This document shows, piece after piece, positions 26,707 through 33,202 of a stretch of 40,000 nt of DNA (positions within the stretch are counted from its first letter, which is position 1; each line of letters begins with the position of its first letter). Position numbers and translations under genes: made by a program. The DNA is taken from positions 342,808 to 382,807 of the forward strand of contig CBDCTZ010000016.1 of assembly GCA_965222375.1 (NCBI GenBank), given 5' to 3'. The notes under the pieces were generated by a model that saw nothing but the letters and a program-made list of their open reading frames with translations, had not been told where the DNA came from and made no database searches. The stretch is from Polyangiaceae bacterium (GTDB taxonomy: Bacteria; Myxococcota_A; Polyangia; Polyangiales; Polyangiaceae).

Positions 26707-26900
26707 CGAGCAAGCCGACGATACAACTCCGCGTTTTTCGACAGGACGCGGTTCGCGGCATTCTCGAAGTCGTCCGCCGGTTGACCTAGGAGGTCAGCGA
26801 TTAGGGCGGAGGCCAACTGCTCTGCGGAGATGCCCAGTGACTTCGCCCTCTCGCGAAGGGCTTCGATCTGGGTTTCCGTCAGTTCGACCGGCATTTGCAT
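26703..26900 (-). CDS. ribbon-helix-helix type antitoxin partnered with doc
   Basis: MQMPVELTETQIEALRERAKSLGISAEQLASALIADLL. An internal Met is chosen because the track ORF 26703-26993 starts inside the attC. Confidence 0.65.
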   Translation of the reverse strand: MQMPVELTETQIEALRERAKSLGISAEQLASALIADLLGQPADDFENAANRVLSKNAELYRRLAR

Positions 26901-26984
26901 GCGAGAAGTGTAGCCGATTTTCTGACGACGGAAACCGGGGCCAACGAAGGCGCCACTCACCAACGCCGCAGCGCGAGATGCTCC

Positions 26985-27197
26985 GCCTAACAATTGAGGC
27001 GTTCAGCAGCGAACGCCAGGAACAGCATACCCAAAAACCCACAACGCTGCAGGCGCAGGGTTGCGCCGAACGCAGCGAAGGCTGCTCGGCGCAAGAACCC
27101 TGCGCGAGACCGAAGGGAACCCCTGGAAGGGGCAGGGCGGAACGAACGCAGTCCAGTCAGAGCGCCTGCGGTCGTCTGTTGCAACGTCCTGTTAGGA
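26985..27197 (-). repeat. attC (long class, 213 bp)
   Basis: GCCTAACAATTGAGGCG...GAGACCGAAGGGAACCCCTGGAAGGGGCAGGGCGG...CTGTTAGGA. Confidence 0.85.
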
Positions 27198-27590
27198 GGC
27201 TCCGTGGCGGATGGGGGCAAACTCGTTCGGACGCTCGTAAAAAACGCGTTCAAACCGTTCGGTGAGGAAGCTGTCGCTCGGGACCAGTTCGGCGTAGCGC
27301 TCGTTTGCGACGTGCTCAGTTTCGTCCGTCCACTGAGAGAGGACGGGATCCGTCGCCGCCCCGTTGAGGAAGGCGGCCACGTCCTGCAGACCGAAGTAGG
27401 AGAACCCGTCTGCAGCAGCAGCGAGTTCGACCGCTGTGAGGACATCGATGACATGGTGAACGCCGCCGTTCATCGCGATTCCGTGTGCTCGCAACAGAGC
27501 CGCGAGGGCGGTGTCACCGGAGTGTGGTGTCAGACCGCCAGACTCCAAGGCTGCGCGGTTCCAAACCTGATCCGCGGTGGAAAGAGTCAT
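27192..27590 (-). CDS. cassette F protein, unknown function (NGG-motif, possibly DUF4375/DMP19-like)
   Basis: 132-aa ORF. ALAALLRAHGIAMNGGVHHVIDVL. The stop TAA lies in the attC core. Confidence 0.55.
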   Translation of the reverse strand: MTLSTADQVWNRAALESGGLTPHSGDTALAALLRAHGIAMNGGVHHVIDVLTAVELAAAADGFSYFGLQDVAAFLNGAATDPVLSQWTDETEHVANERYAELVPSDSFLTERFERVFYERPNEFAPIRHGAS

Positions 27591-27595
27591 CGTCC

Positions 27596-27782
27596 GCCTA
27601 ACAATTGAGGCGTTCAGCAGCGAACGCCAGAAACAACATACCCAAACTCTACCACGCAGTCAGGCGCAGGGTTGCGCCGAACGCAGCGAAGGCTGCTCGG
27701 TGCAAGAACCCTGCGCGCAGGGCGGAACGGACGCTGACGAGTCAGAAAGCCGGCGGTCGTCTGCTGCAACGTCCTGTTAGGC
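27596..27782 (-). repeat. attC of cassette B (copy 2)
   Basis: Matches 22911-23097 at a constant offset of 4685. Confidence 0.88.
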
Positions 27783-27786
27783 AACG

Positions 27787-28152
27787 CTACGAGGACTTGC
27801 GGGTCAACCGTGACGCCACCTCGACCAACCCGTTGGTGATGACTTCCGGAAGCGGCGCCGCCAACTTCGTTCGGAGGAGCGCAGCGATGTCCATTGTGAA
27901 CAGCACTTCTCCGCCAGCGAAGAGTGAGACGGTTTCGTCCTCCTGGTGCAACCCATCTGGCCACCACTTCCGCTGCCACTCGATCCTCAGGGGCTGGTCC
28001 TGGATCGAAGCGCAACGGAGGACGACACTGGCGGGGTTGTATGCCGTTTCTGATTCCTGAATTTGAACAACCTCGAGACCAAGTTCCTCGAGTCTTGCGC
28101 GGAGGTTGGAGACCGCCGCGGTGTCAGACAGGAAAAGGAAGGGCTGAGCCAC
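27787..28152 (-). CDS. cassette B protein (copy 2 of 4)
   Basis: Its translation is identical to that of 23102-23467. Confidence 0.65.
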   Translation of the reverse strand: MAQPFLFLSDTAAVSNLRARLEELGLEVVQIQESETAYNPASVVLRCASIQDQPLRIEWQRKWWPDGLHQEDETVSLFAGGEVLFTMDIAALLRTKLAAPLPEVITNGLVEVASRLTRKSS

Positions 28153-28162
28153 CTGCGCGATT

Positions 28163-28349
28163 GCCTAACAATTGAGGCGTTCAGCAGCGAACGCCAGGAA
28201 CAACATACCCAGACATTATCACGCAGTCGGGCGCAGGGTTGCGCCGACCGCAGCGAGGGCTGCTCGGCGCAAGAACCCTGCGCGCAGGGCGGAACGGACG
28301 CCATCCAGTCGAAAAGCCGGCGGTCGTCTGCTGCAACGTCCTGTTAGGA
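28163..28349 (-). repeat. attC of cassette C (copy 2)
   Basis: Matches 23478-23664 at offset 4685. Confidence 0.85.
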
Positions 28350-28371
28350 GGCGTCGTTCTTTAGCAGTCGA

Positions 28372-28761
28372 CTATTCCGTACGGCCAAGAGGCACCGCTT
28401 GGGACCAGCGAGCGCCCTCCTGACATTCGAGCATGGCGCCCTGGTTGTGTGCAACGAGACGGAGGGGCCGCGAGGTGACGCACCGAAGGAAGGCATTCAG
28501 ATCGCTCGCCATTGCGGTCATGAGCTCGTGGCGGGGCGTGTCATCGTACCCGTCGTAATCGCACCAGTCGGTGACCTCCAGTCCGGAGGAGTGCTTCGCG
28601 TCGACGAACCACTCGAGAACGTTGATGGCAGCGTGGACTGTCACGGAAAGCTCGTCCCGTGTGAGGACAATCTCAACATACTCCGCGTGCCGCTGGACAA
28701 CCACGCCCGGCGTTCCGGCGAAGGCCTCCACCGCAGCGACGTGGGGACGGAGAGCTTTCAC
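28372..28761 (-). CDS. cassette C protein (copy 2 of 2)
   Basis: Identical to 23687-24076. GTG start at 28761. Confidence 0.55.
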   Translation of the reverse strand: MKALRPHVAAVEAFAGTPGVVVQRHAEYVEIVLTRDELSVTVHAAINVLEWFVDAKHSSGLEVTDWCDYDGYDDTPRHELMTAMASDLNAFLRCVTSRPLRLVAHNQGAMLECQEGARWSQAVPLGRTE

Positions 28762-28766
28762 CGTCC

Positions 28767-28953
28767 GCCTAACAATTGAGGCGTTCAGCAGCGAACGCCA
28801 GAAACAGCATACCCAAAAAACCTCAACGCTGCAGGCGCAGGGTTGCGCCGAACGCAGCGAATGCTGCTCGGTGCAAGAACCCTGCGCGCAGGGCGGAACG
28901 GACGCCATCCAGTCAGAAAGCCGGCGGTCGTCTGCTGCAACGTCCTGTTAGGC
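28767..28953 (-). repeat. attC (short class) of cassette D
   Basis: GCCTAACAATTGAGGCG...CTGCTGCAACGTCCTGTTAGGC. Its variable segment differs from that of the attC at 24082. Confidence 0.85.
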
Positions 28954-28988
28954 AGCTGGCGGCCCGCGCGTCGAAGCACGTGCCGTCG

Positions 28989-29432
28989 TCAGCGTGGCTT
29001 TGTCGCAACTCCGCGCAAGATGTCGATGCGATTCGGGGGAGCGTTCGGAGACATGAAGTCGGGAATGGTTTCCGCCGTTCGTCGAGGCCTGCTCAGGAAC
29101 TCCACAGGCCACTCCGTCACGCGGCGCTGCTTGACGTGGACGTACCGGCCGTCTTCGTGCTCATCAATGAATTCTTGTTGGACGATGAGCGCCAAGGGCT
29201 CTTGAGCGCCGCTGGTCTGCCTCGAAAACTCGAACGCTTCGTCACAAGACGCGAAAGCGTAGAAGTAGTCGCTCCCGTTGTCCTCGTCGTCAGCTCCTTC
29301 AGACGGACAGCACCAGACGCGATACTCGAGAACGCCGTCCCAGACATACCCCCCACCAGCGTGTGCTTCTGCAGGATAGGTGCCGACGAGCGCGGGATCC
29401 ACGACGGGCGGATATGTGTCGTCTGCTCTCAT
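28989..29432 (-). CDS. cassette D protein, unknown function
   Basis: 147-aa acidic ORF (GGYVWDGVLEYRVWCCPSEGADDEDNGSDYFYAF). It starts 5 nt from the attC core. Confidence 0.6.
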   Translation of the reverse strand: MRADDTYPPVVDPALVGTYPAEAHAGGGYVWDGVLEYRVWCCPSEGADDEDNGSDYFYAFASCDEAFEFSRQTSGAQEPLALIVQQEFIDEHEDGRYVHVKQRRVTEWPVEFLSRPRRTAETIPDFMSPNAPPNRIDILRGVATKPR

Positions 29433-29436
29433 GCCT

Positions 29437-29623
29437 GCCTAACAATTGAGGCGTTCAGCAGCGAACGCCAGAAACAACATACCCAAACTCTACCACGCAG
29501 TCAGGCGCAGGGTTGCGCCGAACGCAGCGAAGGCTGCTCGGTGCAAGAACCCTGCGCGCAGGGCGGAACGGACGCTGACGAGTCAGAAAGCCGGCGGTCG
29601 TCTGCTGCAACGTCCTGTTAGGC
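29437..29623 (-). repeat. attC of cassette B (copy 3)
   Basis: Matches 22911-23097 at offset 6526. Confidence 0.88.
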
Positions 29624-29627
29624 AACG

Positions 29628-29993
29628 CTACGAGGACTTGCGGGTCAACCGTGACGCCACCTCGACCAACCCGTTGGTGATGACTTCCGGAAGCGGCGCC
29701 GCCAACTTCGTTCGGAGGAGCGCAGCGATGTCCATTGTGAACAGCACTTCTCCGCCAGCGAAGAGTGAGACGGTTTCGTCCTCCTGGTGCAACCCATCTG
29801 GCCACCACTTCCGCTGCCACTCGATCCTCAGGGGCTGGTCCTGGATCGAAGCGCAACGGAGGACGACACTGGCGGGGTTGTATGCCGTTTCTGATTCCTG
29901 AATTTGAACAACCTCGAGACCAAGTTCCTCGAGTCTTGCGCGGAGGTTGGAGACCGCCGCGGTGTCAGACAGGAAAAGGAAGGGCTGAGCCAC
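29628..29993 (-). CDS. cassette B protein (copy 3 of 4)
   Basis: Its translation is identical to the other copies. Confidence 0.65.
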   Translation of the reverse strand: MAQPFLFLSDTAAVSNLRARLEELGLEVVQIQESETAYNPASVVLRCASIQDQPLRIEWQRKWWPDGLHQEDETVSLFAGGEVLFTMDIAALLRTKLAAPLPEVITNGLVEVASRLTRKSS

Positions 29994-30003
29994 CTGCGCG
30001 ATT

Positions 30004-30189
30004 GCCTAACAATTGAGGCGTTCAGCAGCGAACGCCAGAAACAACATCAACCAACCCTACCACGCTGCAGGCGCAGGGTTGCGCCGAACGCAGCGAAGGC
30101 TGCTCGGCGCAAGAACCCTGCGCGCAGGGCGGAACGGACCTCACCCAGCCAGAAAGCCGGCGGTCGTCTGCTGCAACGTCCTGTTAGGA
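30004..30189 (-). repeat. attC (short class) of cassette E
   Basis: GCCTAACAATTGAGGCG...AACATCAACCAACCCTACCACGCTGCAGG...CTGTTAGGA. Confidence 0.85.
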
Positions 30190-30217
30190 GGCGCGGTTCA
30201 GTTGGCGGAATGTACGT

Positions 30218-30631
30218 CTACGAATTCGCCGCCCGCTCGAGTGCTTCGCTGATGTCGGTGGCCCAGGACTTCGCGTCACGAAACGGACGTAAGAAGACGT
30301 GATCGTGTCCTGCGAACGCGAGCTCCATGTGCATCGCGGGGGCCCGCATGGCGTTCGAACTGTGCACAACGACAGGGTACCGGTGAGGCTGGCCGGCGAG
30401 GAAGGAAGACACGTCCTGTCCAGACCCCGGGTTTTCGCCCCGCAACGCGGGTGCGTCCAAGTCGCAATCAAGCGAAAGAACGTGGGCGCGTCCAGGGTGC
30501 AAGCGCAACCATGACAGCATTTCGTGCGCAGACTCGAAGAGCAGGAGCTCGCAGTCCACCAGCAACTTGAGGGCACGTCGCATCTCGGCAATGCGCCACA
30601 CGTCATCCTCAAGCACAGCGATCAGCGTCAT
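30218..30631 (-). CDS. receiver (REC)-like domain protein, resembles cyclic-phosphate-processing receiver domains (cassette E)
   Basis: MTLIAVLEDD...HVLSLDCDLD...GQDVSSFLAG...PVVVHSSNAMRAPAM. This follows a REC-like beta-alpha pattern without an output domain. Confidence 0.45.
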   Translation of the reverse strand: MTLIAVLEDDVWRIAEMRRALKLLVDCELLLFESAHEMLSWLRLHPGRAHVLSLDCDLDAPALRGENPGSGQDVSSFLAGQPHRYPVVVHSSNAMRAPAMHMELAFAGHDHVFLRPFRDAKSWATDISEALERAANS

Positions 30632-30647
30632 GAAGAGGTGGTCGTCC

Positions 30648-30833
30648 GCCTAACAATTGAGGCGTTCAGCAGCGAACGCCAGAAACAACACCAACCAACA
30701 ATATCACGCTACAGGCGCAGGGTTGCGCCGACCGCAGCGAAGGCTGCTCGGTGCAAGACCCCTGCGCGCAGGGCGGAACGGACGCCATCCAGTCAGAAGG
30801 CCGGCGTTCGACTGCTGCAACGTCCTGTTAGGC
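30648..30833 (-). repeat. attC of cassette A (copy 2)
   Basis: Matches 22265-22450 at offset 8383. Confidence 0.85.
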
Positions 30834-30835
30834 CG

Positions 30836-31276
30836 CTACGCTACTCCGACGCCTTCCGCGCCTGCACTTCCGGGTCCGGAAGGAGGCGGTATGTCGGCAA
30901 CCAGCGCCTCGATGCGCGGCAAGCGAGGAGTGACAGCAGATCGGACCGTTTCAATGGATTGAGGTGCCGAAAAACGAAGGAGCAACACGTAGATCCCGCC
31001 AAAGGATCTGAGATAGGCATCGCCGGAGCGGCGTTTCGCGAAGCGATCAAGGCGGCCGCCGCGACGGAGCGGGGGATCGAGACTGGCGAGTTCGTCCAAA
31101 ACGATCTGCGCAGCGGGAGAGCGGCCGTCGTCCTTCACGTGTTCGCTGGAACACCAGAGCGTACCGCGACTGTCGAGCACGTAGGCGTAGATGGCGCGGG
31201 CATCGGCAGCCAAATTGGTCAGCACGCGCCGCAGCTCGGACGAGGCCGGCGTTTCAGGACCCATGCGCATTCCCAC
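30836..31276 (-). CDS. cassette A protein (copy 2 of 2)
   Basis: Its translation is identical to that of 22453-22893. Confidence 0.6.
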   Translation of the reverse strand: MGMRMGPETPASSELRRVLTNLAADARAIYAYVLDSRGTLWCSSEHVKDDGRSPAAQIVLDELASLDPPLRRGGRLDRFAKRRSGDAYLRSFGGIYVLLLRFSAPQSIETVRSAVTPRLPRIEALVADIPPPSGPGSAGAEGVGVA

Positions 31277-31293
31277 CCACTGTCTCGACGTCG

Positions 31294-31480
31294 GCCTAAC
31301 AATTGAGGCGTTCAGCAGCGAACGCCAGAAACAACATACCCAAACTCTACCACGCAGTCAGGCGCAGGGTTGCGCCGAACGCAGCGAAGGCTGCTCGGTG
31401 CAAGAACCCTGCGCGCAGGGCGGAACGGACGCTGACGAGTCAGAAAGCCGGCGGTCGTCTGCTGCAACGTCCTGTTAGGC
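31294..31480 (-). repeat. attC of cassette B (copy 4)
   Basis: Matches 22911-23097 at offset 8383. Confidence 0.88.
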
Positions 31481-31484
31481 AACG

Positions 31485-31850
31485 CTACGAGGACTTGCGG
31501 GTCAACCGTGACGCCACCTCGACCAACCCGTTGGTGATGACTTCCGGAAGCGGCGCCGCCAACTTCGTTCGGAGGAGCGCAGCGATGTCCATTGTGAACA
31601 GCACTTCTCCGCCAGCGAAGAGTGAGACGGTTTCGTCCTCCTGGTGCAACCCATCTGGCCACCACTTCCGCTGCCACTCGATCCTCAGGGGCTGGTCCTG
31701 GATCGAAGCGCAACGGAGGACGACACTGGCGGGGTTGTATGCCGTTTCTGATTCCTGAATTTGAACAACCTCGAGACCAAGTTCCTCGAGTCTTGCGCGG
31801 AGGTTGGAGACCGCCGCGGTGTCAGACAGGAAAAGGAAGGGCTGAGCCAC
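31485..31850 (-). CDS. cassette B protein (copy 4 of 4), first cassette next to attI
   Basis: Identical translation. GTG start 10 nt after the attI/cassette junction core (31861-31867). Confidence 0.65.
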   Translation of the reverse strand: MAQPFLFLSDTAAVSNLRARLEELGLEVVQIQESETAYNPASVVLRCASIQDQPLRIEWQRKWWPDGLHQEDETVSLFAGGEVLFTMDIAALLRTKLAAPLPEVITNGLVEVASRLTRKSS

Positions 31851-31860
31851 CTGCGCGATT

Positions 31861-32010
31861 GCCTAACAGTAATTAGACCGCGATGGCGGTCTAAGGTGGC
31901 TGTCAGTCTAACAGAGCGGTGGGGCCCCGATAAATCGGGAAAGGGGGTGCGTGGTGCACGTTAGGTGGGTCCACCTAACGTGCGAAGACGAGGTCCATCT
32001 AACAGAGGGG
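31861..32010 (-). other. attI region (primary recombination site and putative IntI-binding repeats)
   Basis: The junction core GCCTAAC (31861-31867) is followed by non-attC sequence. Further GTTAG-type motifs occur at 31906-31912, 31973-31979 and 31997-32003. There are palindromes TTAGACCGC-GATG-GCGGTCTAA (31873-31894) and CACGTTAGGTGG-GT-CCACCTAACGTG (31957-31982). Confidence 0.65.
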
Positions 32011-32227
32011 ACTGGGCGGACCGTTTGGCCTCCGAGCCGGCGTTCAGCCGTGCGGGCGAGTTGGATGGCCGGCGCGGCGTTGGTTGGGGGTGGGCAGTGC
32101 TCGCAAGGGAGTGGCGTTCGCCATGGCGTCGATCTGGTGTCGCCACTGCGCGGAGCGGAGTGGCGACCGGCTTTCTGAGGAGAAGGGGGCGCCCGGGGGG
32201 CGGCATGGATGTTGATGAGGCTGGGGC

Positions 32228-33202
32228 ATGGGTTTGGAGCGTCGGACTCAGTTGTTGGAGCAAATGCGTCAGGCGCTGCAGGTGAGGCACTACAGTCCGC
32301 GGACTGAAGAGGCGTATGTGGCGTGGGTCGAGCGGTTCGTGCACCATCATGATTTGCGGCATCCGGCGGAAATGGGGGCGGAGGATGTTCGGGTGTTCTT
32401 GGAGCACCTGGCGTCTGCGGACCGGGTGGCTGCTGCGACGCAGAATCAGGCGCTGGCGGCGCTCTTGTTCTTGTACGCGAATGTGCTGGGCATGCCGTTC
32501 GAGGAGGTTGGGAGCTTTGTGCGTGCGAAGCGGCCGAAGCGCTTGCCCGTCGTGCTTGGCGCCGGGGAGGTGGCCGCCTTGCTGGAGCAGCTGGATGGGG
32601 TGCCGCTCTTGATGGCGCAGATGCTCTACGGCTCGGGGTTGCGGTTGCTCGAGTGCGCTCGCTTGCGCGCGAAGGATCTGTGCTTCGAGCGGGGTGAAGT
32701 CTTGGTTCGGAGCGGCAAGGGAGGCAAGGACCGGGTGGCGCCCTTCCCGCGCACGTTGGAGAGGCAGATGCGGATGCATCTCGTGAAGGTGAAGCGCCAG
32801 CACGACATGGATCTGTCTCGCGGGGCGGGGTGGGTGTTCGTTCCACCTTCGCTGGCGCGCAAGTACCCGAATGTGGGTCGCGATTGGCCCTGGCAATGGG
32901 TGTTCCCCGCGACGCGGCAGTACTTTCACACTGCGACGGGGCAGACGCGTCGGCATCACTATCACCAATCCGCCTTGCAGCGCGCCGTGCGCGTGGCGGG
33001 TCGCGCAGCGGGGTTGAACAAGCGCGCGACCTGCCACGCGCTTCGCCATTCCTTCGCGACTCACCTGCTCGAACAGGGCTACGACATCCGCACCATTCAG
33101 GAGTTGCTCGGCCATCGCTCAGTGGCGACCACGATGGTCTACACCCATGTGCTCAACCGCGGTGGCTTGGGAGTTCGCAGCCCGCTCGACGGGCTCTGCT
33201 GA
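32228..33202 (+). CDS. intI: integron integrase IntI (tyrosine recombinase)
   Basis: 324 aa. [71 protein letters not shown]. It also has the IntI-specific insertion [21 protein letters not shown]...[14 protein letters not shown]. The gene is divergent from the array. Confidence 0.93.
   Translation: MGLERRTQLLEQMRQALQVRHYSPRTEEAYVAWVERFVHHHDLRHPAEMGAEDVRVFLEHLASADRVAAATQNQALAALLFLYANVLGMPFEEVGSFVRAKRPKRLPVVLGAGEVAALLEQLDGVPLLMAQMLYGSGLRLLECARLRAKDLCFERGEVLVRSGKGGKDRVAPFPRTLERQMRMHLVKVKRQHDMDLSRGAGWVFVPPSLARKYPNVGRDWPWQWVFPATRQYFHTATGQTRRHHYHQSALQRAVRVAGRAAGLNKRATCHALRHSFATHLLEQGYDIRTIQELLGHRSVATTMVYTHVLNRGGLGVRSPLDGLC

Larger units (their letters stand above)
16354..33202. mobile_element. chromosomal integron: intI + attI + 19-cassette array (cassettes sense on minus strand)
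   Basis: The IntI-type tyrosine recombinase gene is divergent from an array of single- or two-gene units. These units are separated by a conserved repeat bounded by RYYYAAC (GCCTAAC) and GTTRRRY (GTTAGGC). Confidence 0.92.

Noticed and set aside
16344-31758. Recurrent ORFs starting MRRSAANA(R/S)N... and LTIEAFSSERQ..., plus their antisense partners (for example 18670-18915, 20219-20758, 22920-23375, 27605-28060, 29446-29901, 31303-31758, and the minus-strand ...RTLQQTTAGFLTGW... ORFs).
   Set aside because: They lie entirely or largely inside the attC repeats and reappear only because the repeat does. They occur in several overlapping frames on both strands and run antisense into real cassette genes. 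They are translation artefacts of a structured, GC-rich recombination site, not a protein family.
16354-31867. The repeat-spacer periodicity of the array could suggest a CRISPR locus.
   Set aside because: The repeats are 186-213 bp, not 25-40 bp. The 'spacers' are gene-containing units of about 370 bp to 2.7 kb. The repeats end in RYYYAAC/GTTRRRY cores. An IntI gene, not cas genes, is adjacent.
31870-32330. I searched for the Pc and PintI promoters and for a LexA/SOS box in the attI-intI interval. Candidates were CTAACA-N17-TAAATC on the plus strand near 31908-31936, CTGACA on the minus strand at 31906-31901, and GTTCAGC at about 32042.
   Set aside because: The matches to -35/-10 consensus are weak (3-4 of 6), with no good partner hexamer for CTGACA. 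The GTTCAGC lacks the upstream half of the delta-proteobacterial LexA motif. This is not strong enough to annotate.
31908-33115. Very long minus-strand ORFs (31908-32846, 312 aa; 31961-33115, 384 aa) lie antisense to intI.
   Set aside because: They have Pro/Arg/Ala-rich low-complexity translations typical of antisense frames in high-GC DNA. The plus-strand frame carries unambiguous IntI motifs.
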